This document shows positions 31,646-39,964 of a stretch of DNA of 39,964 bases, piece by piece. The stretch lies in IMG/VR virus record IMGVR_UViG_2711768042_000003, one strand, 5' to 3'. Source of the stretch: a virus. Lineage: Duplodnaviria; Heunggongvirae; Uroviricota; Caudoviricetes. Position numbers and translations under genes: made by a program. The notes beneath the pieces are model-generated. The model was not told the origin of the DNA. It did no database searches and worked only from the letters and a program-made list of their open reading frames with translations. Every line of letters begins with the position of its first letter. Position 1 is the first letter of the stretch.

Positions 31646-34600
31646 ATGACATTAAACGATTTCTATGCGGATCGCTTTGGCAGCGATCCGTTCTCGCTAA
31701 TTGAAGCAGCACGGGATGAACTAACCGAGCTGGCACAGATGGCTGGTATCAACTGGTCTGCCTGTTCCGACAACATCCAACTCAACCCTCGCGGGGGTGT
31801 TGAGCGTTACTCTTCATACAATAAAACATCTCCAGAAGCTCTCGAAAAGAGCCTCAAAGGACGCGTAGAAATTTACTCCCGGCTGGAACACAGCAAAGGG
31901 ATTGATTACCCGTTCATTAACTTCGTCCATAAAGGCAGCGATGCTGGCTCATGGAGCGGTTTCTCCTTCCTGTTTTCTGAATATCGCCGTGAGCAACAAC
32001 GGAATAATGCGACCGTGGTCGCACAACCGGAAGAAGAACGGGCAAGAATAGAACGTCAGGCCGAAGCACGTCGTCGCCGTGAAGAACAAAAACGAATTAA
32101 TGACCTGAAAAACAACCAAATGGACCATGAACGTTTGCTGGGATGGCTGGCATTCCACAGCGCGTGGGAACATGCTCCTGCAGAAGACGGCTCATGGCCA
32201 TATGCGATTAAAAAAGGTATTCGTGACGTTTTTAATTCGTGTGATGTGCGTCGCGTGACCAGTCACGACAGCGCAAAATGGAGCAGGGGGCCAACCACGT
32301 ATATGGCTATCCCTCTGGCTCACCTGGACGGTCGTTACGATGGTCGTATTGTGGGTTGGCAGCGAATCGACAAACAAGGTGGAAAATACCAGACCAGCGC
32401 CGTAACCAGCGGCGATTTCGTCGGTGCCTGCTTTGTTATCGGTGAGCTAAAAGGGGCGCAAAACATCGCTGTTACAGAAGGTTTTGCTACTGGTGCATCC
32501 ATCTGGCTTGCCACGAAAAAAGATAAACGCTTTGACGCTGTGGTTGTCGCTGTATCCGCTAATAACATGGTTCATGTTGTGGAACAACTGGTAAACATGT
32601 ACCCGGCGGCAAAAATCACCTGCGCACTGGATAATGACCGGAAATCAGCCACAGAAGGAAAAGGGAATACCGGCCTGCGGACTGGCTATGAAATCTTATC
32701 GAAATTCAACGATGTCCGCTGCGTCTATCCAACTTTTGAAGACGATCCGCAAATGGAGTGCAGTGACTTCAACGACCTGCACAAACTGCGTGGACTTCGT
32801 GAAACAGCACGTCAACTGTTTGCAACTGCAAACCGCCTGAAAACCGGCACTGATTTGCTATCTCTGACGCTCAACCGCCTGAAGACAATTAAGCGGGATA
32901 ACCGTCGTACTTTTGCCAAAGAGCTGCTGAGAGCGGTGGATATTGGCATGCTAACCTGTCCGGTTCCTAACAGTCCGTCAGACTTATTTAACATGTTCTG
33001 CATCGTTCTGCGTGAAATGGGGCTGGAAAATATCTATCGCGCTACGGTAAAAGACCACATTGCCCGTCGCCTGAATAAAAAGTGCCGTATTGCCCAGGCT
33101 CCGCGCTCATTCAGCGAACGCATAACTGATCCCAATAAACGTCCTCAACATATCACCTATAAGCGTTTTGAAACTTCGGTAATGACCGATGACGTCCTGA
33201 AGTATGTGCAATCACTACAGGGGATAGTCATCGTTCGTGCTGGTATGGGTTCCGGCAAATCTACTGGATTGTTACGACCTTTAATGCATAGCTCAGAACG
33301 TGGTATCTCTGTTGCTCACCGTGTTTCCCTTATTGGTGGCCTGTGGGAAATGATGACAGAAGGAAAAGGTGTAAAAGCCGATATCCTGCACTATCAGGAC
33401 CCTGGCTATCAGGAAATGGCTCCATACGCCAGTAAACTGACCATCTGCATAAACTCGATTGTTAAAAACTGCTGGCAACCGTTGATGCGCCAGCACGACT
33501 ATTTTGGCTTTGACGAGGCCACGCAAGGGCTACGTGCCGTTCTTTCCGGTCGGGCTATGGAAAACCCGGTGGCTGTATTCAATACGTTAATCGACGCGCT
33601 GGCCAGAACGGAACAACACCCAATAATGGTGGATGCTGATGCGAACGATCTGCTGGTTGACCTGGCTGAACTGGCTATGAAACGCCGTGAAGAACTAGGT
33701 TTACCGGCATGGCTGCAGATCCACGTAATTGAATTACCTGTTGATGTTCGCAACCGCGAAACAGGTGAGCCAATCCGGGTTTTTTATACAGAAAAAGATC
33801 GCATTATGACCGAGGTGGTGAAAGCTGTATCGGATGGCGAAAAAATCATGTTGGCCACCGACAGCTCCACCTTTGCAGAAGATGTGACAGCCACCCTGAG
33901 AATGCATTTTCCTGGTAAGAAATTTCTGTGTGTAAACCAGAAAAACAAACCAGAGCCAGAAGTTGAAGCATTTACCAATCAACCGAAAAAGATGGTCAAA
34001 AAATACGACGGCCTGATTTATAGCCCGTCTATTTCATCCGGTGTGTCGATTGAGCAAAAACATTTTGACCGTCATTTCGGCATGTTCTGTGGTGAAGTTG
34101 TACCCAGCGACGCAGTGCAAATGCTACGCCGCGACCGTACAGCAAAAGAATTTATTATCGGCTTTGATAAAGCTCGCGCAAAACGTGAAACTGACCCGCA
34201 AAAAATAGAACGAGCATTCGCCCAGGCATTGCTTGCTACCGCAGGCATGAACGGTGAACTGACGGATGTCGTTTTCGATGGCGACCGTATATCAATGGGG
34301 GTGGCCAATACCGACTTTACCAGGATGAAAATTAAAGCAGCCGCAATTGAAGCGTCTGCGCGTAACGACTACGCCAGCAACATGATCTGCATCATGCACA
34401 GCGACGGTTATAAGGTATCGCCGCTGGCCACCGATTATGCTGCGAATGATATCGGTAAAGATCTGCGTAAAGAAGCGCGGGATATTGTGTGGGAACAGAC
34501 ACTGGATCTGCATCTCAATACAGAAACTCCACAAGAATCAGAGCGTGAAGAACTGCTAAAAAAACGCGCGCTGACGCTTGAAGAACAAGCAAAACTTGTC

Positions 34601-35641
34601 CGCTGGGATATTGAGAACGAACTGAAACTACCGGTTGAAGAAGGCACGCTGAAATTCTATTTCGATGGTGCTCGAGACAAAGTTCGCCGCTATGAAACAA
34701 TGCTTTTAGATGAGGTAACAGCTCGTCGTTACGACCGGGAAGAAGCAGCCATCAATTTTACCTACGCATACCGTCAGGCGGGACAGTGGCAATATTTTGT
34801 AGTGACCGCGATGACTCGCGAGCAGGCTGATGATGTCTTTAAAACTAAATTCCCTGGAATAATCGACTACAAGGTAAAAGCTACTCCTACTGTTGAAGTC
34901 GGGGCGCGCGGTTTCTATGCGCTTAAATCAGCAACTCTCCGGCAGTACTTTATCGACTGCGGTATCAACCCTGAGACTATGACCGGCGAGGCGACTCAGG
35001 AGCGTCTCAAATTCGCTCGAGATAACCTCATGACAGCCGAACGCCGTGACCTGTTGAATAACGTTCTGCACATTGGTGGTTTTATGACGCCAAAAGGGAA
35101 GCCTAAAGTGCCGGAAGCGTTGTTTAAAAACATTTGCGACTCTCTTGGCCTTAAAACAGGTAAACGTCGCGGCAGAGACGGCGATAAGCGTCCAACCTTG
35201 CGTTTTGTTGAGCCTGAATCAGCGGCATTTATGCTGGATATTCTTGTTCAGCGTCAGAAAGATGGCCTAACCCTAAAAACGCGTAAAGCCGAGAAGACAG
35301 CCATCGAAATGGATCGCGATTTGGATCTCAATATATATATGGATGATAAAACGCGATCCACAAACGAGCAGGTTCAAAACGCCCCTCATTCAGTAATTTC
35401 TGAGGCTTTGGCCGTATTGCCGGTGGCTGTTCCTGAGTCCTGGGCGATGAGTGCGCTTTCCGGTGAGGAGCTGGCCACTATGTCATCATGGTCATCAGCC
35501 AGCATAGCTATGACGTTTGCATCTCTGTATCTCACAGAGTTCATGGATCACTTGTCCAGCAATGAATTGCGGCGGTTACGAGAATACATTACCGGGAATA
35601 GCTCATGCAGCTACGAAGAGCAGGGCGCTTTCTATGGGTAA
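31646..35641 (+). CDS. repA: multidomain replication protein RepA (primase Toprim plus P-loop helicase)
   Basis: 1331 aa; Toprim motifs (VTEGFATG, DND); Walker A GMGSGKST; Walker B FGFDEA. Confidence 0.9.
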   Translation: MTLNDFYADRFGSDPFSLIEAARDELTELAQMAGINWSACSDNIQLNPRGGVERYSSYNKTSPEALEKSLKGRVEIYSRLEHSKGIDYPFINFVHKGSDAGSWSGFSFLFSEYRREQQRNNATVVAQPEEERARIERQAEARRRREEQKRINDLKNNQMDHERLLGWLAFHSAWEHAPAEDGSWPYAIKKGIRDVFNSCDVRRVTSHDSAKWSRGPTTYMAIPLAHLDGRYDGRIVGWQRIDKQGGKYQTSAVTSGDFVGACFVIGELKGAQNIAVTEGFATGASIWLATKKDKRFDAVVVAVSANNMVHVVEQLVNMYPAAKITCALDNDRKSATEGKGNTGLRTGYEILSKFNDVRCVYPTFEDDPQMECSDFNDLHKLRGLRETARQLFATANRLKTGTDLLSLTLNRLKTIKRDNRRTFAKELLRAVDIGMLTCPVPNSPSDLFNMFCIVLREMGLENIYRATVKDHIARRLNKKCRIAQAPRSFSERITDPNKRPQHITYKRFETSVMTDDVLKYVQSLQGIVIVRAGMGSGKSTGLLRPLMHSSERGISVAHRVSLIGGLWEMMTEGKGVKADILHYQDPGYQEMAPYASKLTICINSIVKNCWQPLMRQHDYFGFDEATQGLRAVLSGRAMENPVAVFNTLIDALARTEQHPIMVDADANDLLVDLAELAMKRREELGLPAWLQIHVIELPVDVRNRETGEPIRVFYTEKDRIMTEVVKAVSDGEKIMLATDSSTFAEDVTATLRMHFPGKKFLCVNQKNKPEPEVEAFTNQPKKMVKKYDGLIYSPSISSGVSIEQKHFDRHFGMFCGEVVPSDAVQMLRRDRTAKEFIIGFDKARAKRETDPQKIERAFAQALLATAGMNGELTDVVFDGDRISMGVANTDFTRMKIKAAAIEASARNDYASNMICIMHSDGYKVSPLATDYAANDIGKDLRKEARDIVWEQTLDLHLNTETPQESEREELLKKRALTLEEQAKLVRWDIENELKLPVEEGTLKFYFDGARDKVRRYETMLLDEVTARRYDREEAAINFTYAYRQAGQWQYFVVTAMTREQADDVFKTKFPGIIDYKVKATPTVEVGARGFYALKSATLRQYFIDCGINPETMTGEATQERLKFARDNLMTAERRDLLNNVLHIGGFMTPKGKPKVPEALFKNICDSLGLKTGKRRGRDGDKRPTLRFVEPESAAFMLDILVQRQKDGLTLKTRKAEKTAIEMDRDLDLNIYMDDKTRSTNEQVQNAPHSVISEALAVLPVAVPESWAMSALSGEELATMSSWSSASIAMTFASLYLTEFMDHLSSNELRRLREYITGNSSCSYEEQGAFYG
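32008..32025. promoter_or_regulatory. centromere-like palindrome inside repA (outer base of one arm mismatched)
   Basis: ATGCGACC-GT-GGTCGCAC, encodes NATVVAQ in the RepA frame. Confidence 0.45.
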
Positions 35642-35829
35642 TCAGTGGATATTATCTTTGTGTCTCTTGCTTTGTGTGTTCCAGCAATGGTTTTGGTTCA
35701 TAGATCGAAAGTCTCACAAGGAAAACATGAAGGCCAGGAAGGCGATGTTTCGTGGTGAACAACTCGCGCAGACTTATCGTATGTGGAAACGCTTCTATCG
35801 TGATTTTTCGGTGAACGGGGAGTAAAAAT

Positions 35830-36156
35830 ATGTCTACTACTGCATTTTTGGACAAACTTGATTACCGTCAGCTGCAGTTCTGCCGGGATGAATGCGATCG
35901 ACGCATTAAGGCTATCCAGGAGGAAGAAAAAAAGGTCGCCTGGGCTGTAACAGATCGTGGCCTTATCTTTGGCTGGTTCCGTACGGAGGATTACCTGAAA
36001 GCAGTGGAATTATTGGCGCGTAAGGCTGCTGAGCGTTGGGAACGAGCCGACAAGGAAAACCCGGAGACGAAGTATGAACTGAATCTCTACATCGAGGGCA
36101 ACCGTCTACCATTGTCAGAGTATAACGCTTTGTTTGCTGATGGTGAGTGGGGTTAA
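35830..36156 (+). CDS. hypothetical protein
   Basis: 108-aa ORF, first of three co-directional genes after repA. Confidence 0.5.
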   Translation: MSTTAFLDKLDYRQLQFCRDECDRRIKAIQEEEKKVAWAVTDRGLIFGWFRTEDYLKAVELLARKAAERWERADKENPETKYELNLYIEGNRLPLSEYNALFADGEWG

Positions 36157-36158
36157 AA

Positions 36159-36554
36159 ATGGCTTTTCAATCATACAAATACGAATCCCCTTTGGATAAG
36201 GGATACATTCGTATCAAGTTAAGTCGTTCTCAGCATAAGGCTATTTTTAAGGTAAGGAAAATTCGCATATTGGATGCGTATGCGTATTACTACAACGGTG
36301 AAAATGTTGTTGTTGAACACTTTCTTGCACGATGGTTTGTAGCTCTGATTTTTGTCCCTCTCCTGTTAATTGGTACTTTTGTGGATGGTTTTCCTAGTAC
36401 ATGGCGGGAGATAAAGAAAGGCCTATTCCCGCGTAAGTACGGCAGATTTTCGCAAGATAGCTGGCGAGTTATACCTGGTAAACATTCTGTGGATGAGCAG
36501 CCGATTGTTGATTACTGGTTGAAGCGTATGGCTGATGCTAAAAAAGTTGATTGA
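36159..36554 (+). CDS. hypothetical membrane protein
   Basis: Start MAFQSYKYE; hydrophobic segment WFVALIFVPLLLIGTF. Confidence 0.5.
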   Translation: MAFQSYKYESPLDKGYIRIKLSRSQHKAIFKVRKIRILDAYAYYYNGENVVVEHFLARWFVALIFVPLLLIGTFVDGFPSTWREIKKGLFPRKYGRFSQDSWRVIPGKHSVDEQPIVDYWLKRMADAKKVD

Positions 36555-36581
36555 GTTGTGATAACTGTTACAGGAGATAAA

Positions 36582-36869
36582 GTGAAGAGTTTTATTTTGG
36601 TTTTATGTTTTGCCTTTTCTGCTGCGGTTTATGCCCAGGAAGATAGCATTTCTGTTATTAACTCATCAGCGGAGCTTGCATGTAAAAATAATCCCGATGC
36701 TGCATCAAAAGAATCATGCAAAGAACTGCTCCTTTCGACGGCTGCTTTTGCTTCTGAAAATGCGAAATTTTATTCAGCCTTCTGTCGCGGCTATGTTAAG
36801 GAAGAAGATAAAGAAAAATGTGATGATGCCGGTAAGTTAGTTAGGTATTTCCACTCTCTTAATCCGTAA
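36582..36869 (+). CDS. small secreted protein (signal peptide)
   Basis: GTG start with AGGAG RBS; signal peptide VKSFILVLCFAFSAAVYA-QE; four Cys in the mature part; ATG at 36558 is the alternative start. Confidence 0.5.
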   Translation: MKSFILVLCFAFSAAVYAQEDSISVINSSAELACKNNPDAASKESCKELLLSTAAFASENAKFYSAFCRGYVKEEDKEKCDDAGKLVRYFHSLNP

Positions 36870-36970
36870 TGGCCTTTGATTAACGATCAACTTCTGATCA
36901 CTCGTTCAAGCAAACTATAAAAACACCTGTCCCCGTGACTGGTCACGGGGTAAAATGTCTTTGCAAATTA

Positions 36971-37083
36971 TTGACGTGTGCGTCGTTTTGGAGGTAAAGT
37001 CACCTCGCTGCGGTAAATCCCGCAGTCGGGACTTCGCAATCCTGGCAAAACGAAGCGCACAACACGCGCCAGCGTGTTTTTTT
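36971..37083 (+). ncRNA. candidate small regulatory RNA (c4/CI-like) with promoter and terminator
   Basis: Possible -35 TTGACG, 18 bp, -10 TAAAGT; stem-loop 37008-37025; terminator ACACGC-GCCA-GCGTGT plus U-run at 37062-37083; no long ORF. Confidence 0.35.
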
Positions 37084-37249
37084 GTGTGTATAGACCTGCG
37101 CATATCCGAATTATGGTGGCTCAGGTGGGGCTGACTTCGGTCGGGCCGGTTTCTTCGTTTACCGGTATTGCGAACCCCGCCTGGGCTACCACCAATAAAG
37201 AGATTCGCAACTCTGGTGGTAGCACGACCAATAAAACGGAGTGCATACC

Positions 37250-37414
37250 ATGTTCAAATTCAAATTTGCGGCAGTCGTTCGCACAGACAAAAAGTCCCAC
37301 ATTCATCATCTTTCCACTATCGCGTCATCTGAACGGGAAGCTCGTCGCCAGTTCGCCAGCCGGTTTGTCCTGGTATTGTCTGCCCGTATTCCGGTGCGCG
37401 AGGTGGCTGCATGA
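37250..37414 (+). CDS. small ORF (54 aa), first of three translationally coupled ORFs
   Basis: GGAG RBS; sequence MFKFKFAAVVRTDKK; stop overlaps the next start as ATGA. Confidence 0.45.
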   Translation: MFKFKFAAVVRTDKKSHIHHLSTIASSEREARRQFASRFVLVLSARIPVREVAA

Positions 37415-37644
37415 ATCAGGTAAAAATGAACACTGTTGGCCTGCTGGAATCGTTGGATGAACGTCTGGCTCAGGTCTATGCGCTCGTATCATCAGCCCAT
37501 CGGACAGTCTCCAGTTGTGAGGCGTCGATTTACCTCTCAGAGGCTGGAAAACTTCTGCAGATTGCGTGTGAGTTAACGCATGAAGCACAGGGATATTCTG
37601 CGTCTCTCTCGTCGCACTTGCTGCGCGATAAGGAGGCTGAATGA
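37411..37644 (+). CDS. hypothetical protein (77 aa)
   Basis: ATGA overlaps at both ends. Confidence 0.5.
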   Translation: MNQVKMNTVGLLESLDERLAQVYALVSSAHRTVSSCEASIYLSEAGKLLQIACELTHEAQGYSASLSSHLLRDKEAE

Positions 37645-37805
37645 GCGCGTTAGCAGTCTTTTCCTTTCAGGAAGAGCATCAGGTTCGTGTAGTGATGATC
37701 AACGGCGAACCGTGGTTTGTTGCATCTGATGTGTGTATGGCGGCGGGTATTGATTCTACGGCTATCAGAAAGTTGGATGAGGACGAAAAGGGGCAGGCGA
37801 GGTAG
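37641..37805 (+). CDS. short Bro-N-like ORF (antirepressor N-domain fragment)
   Basis: AAGGAGG RBS; HQVRVVMINGEPWFVASDVCMAAG resembles the start of Bro-N/antirepressor domains but the ORF is only 54 aa. Confidence 0.45.
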   Translation: MSALAVFSFQEEHQVRVVMINGEPWFVASDVCMAAGIDSTAIRKLDEDEKGQAR

Positions 37806-37815
37806 ACCACACAAC

Positions 37816-37839
37816 AAGGCACCGATAATTCGGTGCCTT
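37816..37839. terminator. hairpin between convergent operons
   Basis: Stem AAGGCACCG/CGGTGCCTT with loop ATAATT; weak U-tract. Confidence 0.35.
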
Positions 37840-37850
37840 TACCGTATGCT

Positions 37851-39764
37851 TTATCCGAAATATGTCAGCCATGCTAACTGCATTGCTGATATAGGGCTGT
37901 TTGCACTGCCGGACCAAGCATAATTCTGGCCATTATAATGAAATTCAACAACGTATGATCCATCACCAATATTTCTCACAGGCTTAAATACCGGCTTAGA
38001 TACAGGTGAAGAAGGCGCGGGCGGTTGCTGTTCTTCTACGCTCTCTTCCTCTTCCTCTTCCTCTTCCTCTTCCTCTATCTCTATCTCAATTTCGTCGTCA
38101 TCCAGATCGTCATCCTCTGATAATTCATCCGTCTGTTCAGGTATTGCTTCCAGCTCTTCTTCGTCAGGCATAACGATTTCTGGAGAATCTATTTTCAGCT
38201 GCCATTGTCCATTTTCGCCAACAAATTGCCCCAGAGCATCAGCAGCAAATTCTAGGTATCGACTAATCATTGTAGGGCTAAATTTGAATGCTCTTAGAGT
38301 GCTGTTCGTGATTTTTATAGAGGGGTCCTGCTCTACCAGCTGCTTAACTGTGTTATGCAGACGAACTCCGGCATCTCCTCTGGCGAATCCTGGCATTTCG
38401 TCATCAAGCTGCTGCAATGCTTCCAGCCTGGTATTTTCGTTTCCAGTATTTGGCCTCCATGTCTTTGAGAAGTTGGCCAGCTTGAATTGCTTATAGTGTA
38501 ATTGAGTGTTTTCATCGTCATGGCCTAAAATTTCCATAAAGAAAACATCCTCATCTACGTTTTTCCAACGAGGATCTACGCGGAAAAACATTTCATACGC
38601 AATACGGGCATAAATAGCACGACTATCTTTATAAACACGGCGGTCATCTTTGAAAAATGATTTAACCCACGGGTTAAAAGCCTTTGCTAATATGGCATTA
38701 ATCCGTCCGTTTTCAGAGCGTGTGTCGTTATCTCCATAACCTTTAACGACATCATCAAAATCAGATGCTGCTGGGCATGAGCGAAGTACATTTATTAAAT
38801 AAACAAATGTTTTTGCTTCGCATAATGTATATATTTTTCTGGTTATATCATCAGAAGTTCTTTTTTTTGCTTGGCCTAAAAAATCAACGGTATACTTACC
38901 AGAAACAGTAAATGTACCTTGATACATAATCTCAATCATTCGTCTTCCTGACAATGCAGCAAGTGCAAATGCCAAAGGAGCCATACCTGAACGAGTGTTT
39001 AGATTATTTAATGTAGCAGGGCTATTTATAATATCGTAAATAGCTTGCATATATTTGGGGTAATCAATGACCACCACGTTACGTTTCTTATTGTGCAGAA
39101 CGTCCGCCCATCGTTGCTGGATAGATGCGCGTTCGGCAGGGCTTAGTTGAAGATGATAGAGAATCTCATGGTTAACTTTTAGCTGATTCAACTCCTCAAG
39201 TAAGGCAGATCCTTGCTGTAGTAATTTATATAAATAATCGCGCTTATCTTTCCAGTTATCGCTAGTTAAATCAGAAATGGCGAATTGCCACTCTTTATAT
39301 TTATTTGATAATTTTAATAACTTATTATGATTTTTGTTATCGCCAATTCTGATATTAGATAAATCTTCTGATAGAGGGAGAATTAATTTTAATTTTGCCT
39401 GTAAAGCTGACATTCTCTGGCGAATATCGGCAGCAGGTAGAGAAAGCCATGATAATAGCTCCTCATTATATAAAGGATACTTTTCAGATAGGCGATGTAT
39501 ATTTTTTTCAAAGCTATGATGAAGTTTATCATCAAACCGTTTTCTGGCCCTGCTCATATAGGCATTGAATGTGTTCGCTGTAATTCTTTTTTCTAATCCT
39601 TTACCCCTAAACTTTCGCTTGTCATTAAATAATGCATTTTTAAATTTTAATGCAACAGCCTTTATTTTTTTTGTTTTCTCCCCTTGAGGACGGTCAGAGT
39701 TATCTATTGACTCAACATCGCTAACAAGTGAGTTTATTAATTCACCGATTTTTACTTTGCTCAT
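37851..39764 (-). CDS. telN: protelomerase (telomere resolvase)
   Basis: 637 aa; N-terminus MSKVKIGELIN and long conserved blocks match N15 TelN as I recall it; AGGAGAGG RBS. Confidence 0.95.
   Translation of the reverse strand: MSKVKIGELINSLVSDVESIDNSDRPQGEKTKKIKAVALKFKNALFNDKRKFRGKGLEKRITANTFNAYMSRARKRFDDKLHHSFEKNIHRLSEKYPLYNEELLSWLSLPAADIRQRMSALQAKLKLILPLSEDLSNIRIGDNKNHNKLLKLSNKYKEWQFAISDLTSDNWKDKRDYLYKLLQQGSALLEELNQLKVNHEILYHLQLSPAERASIQQRWADVLHNKKRNVVVIDYPKYMQAIYDIINSPATLNNLNTRSGMAPLAFALAALSGRRMIEIMYQGTFTVSGKYTVDFLGQAKKRTSDDITRKIYTLCEAKTFVYLINVLRSCPAASDFDDVVKGYGDNDTRSENGRINAILAKAFNPWVKSFFKDDRRVYKDSRAIYARIAYEMFFRVDPRWKNVDEDVFFMEILGHDDENTQLHYKQFKLANFSKTWRPNTGNENTRLEALQQLDDEMPGFARGDAGVRLHNTVKQLVEQDPSIKITNSTLRAFKFSPTMISRYLEFAADALGQFVGENGQWQLKIDSPEIVMPDEEELEAIPEQTDELSEDDDLDDDEIEIEIEEEEEEEEEEESVEEQQPPAPSSPVSKPVFKPVRNIGDGSYVVEFHYNGQNYAWSGSANSPISAMQLAWLTYFG
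38045..38074. repeat. hexanucleotide repeat (CTTCCT)x5 inside telN
   Basis: Five perfect tandem units; encodes part of the poly-Glu linker on the minus strand. Confidence 0.8.
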
Positions 39765-39928
39765 CTTTCCTCTCCTGATTATCCGCTCGGATTATCGTAA
39801 CACAATTTGAGAATAAGATAACTAATAACGCGTTAACTTAGTCACAAATTAACATAACACAATAACGGATAATAAATAAAAACACAATATCGGAACATTA
39901 AAATTTGTTCCTTGACTTTGTTCTGAAA

Positions 39929-39964
39929 ATCAGCACATAATTCCCCATTATACGCGCGTATAAT
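39929..39964. other. telomere-resolution palindrome (telO-like); window ends 9 nt past its centre
   Basis: ATCAGCACATAATTCCCCATTATACGCG|CGTATAAT; perfect palindrome centred between 39955 and 39956. Confidence 0.7.

Noticed and set aside
21501-32025. The repeated 18-bp palindrome read as a CRISPR repeat or a host REP element
   Set aside because: Copies are kilobases apart with no regular spacers, and the sequence does not resemble E. coli REP; a partition-site interpretation fits better.
35642-35829. 32-aa ORF (MKARKAMFRGEQ...) with an AAGGA RBS just downstream of repA
   Set aside because: Too short and featureless to call from sequence alone; noted only as a possible small protein.
38045-38074. 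(CTTCCT)x5 read as a non-coding microsatellite or CRISPR fragment
   Set aside because: It is in frame inside telN and encodes the acidic linker.

Overview
This window reads as most of an N15-type linear phage-plasmid: a lambda-like virion module joined to a protelomerase/RepA plasmid module. No integrase or att site is seen, which fits a plasmid prophage. All calls are by-eye recognition of the supplied ORF translations and the raw sequence; no database search or alignment was run. CDS coordinates include the stop codon. Layout, 5' to 3' (late and structural genes on the minus strand): partial side tail fibre stf, lom, then J-I-K-L-M-H-G/G-T-V-U-Z-FII-FI-E-D-C/Nu3-B-W-A-Nu1, then cos. Next come an AT-rich cargo gene flanked by a duplicated ~170 bp element, a DUF4406-like gene, a lysis cassette (dual-start holin, SAR endolysin, Rz/Rz1), a DNA methyltransferase and a putative late promoter/terminator. 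An accessory block follows: a divergent small-gene pair, a Gp49/HigB-like toxin with XRE antitoxin, a small gene behind a LexA box, DUF551-type proteins and a DEDD exonuclease. The immunity switch (cro-like, CI-like) sits at 30.5-31.4 kb, followed by a 1331-aa primase-helicase RepA, a putative RNA-based secondary immunity locus and the protelomerase telN. The window ends 9 nt past the centre of a telomere-resolution palindrome. Five copies of a sopC-like palindrome are dispersed through the late and early regions. The best candidates for unexplained cargo are the AT-rich gene at 20881-21477 and the small-gene block at 24784-26312.
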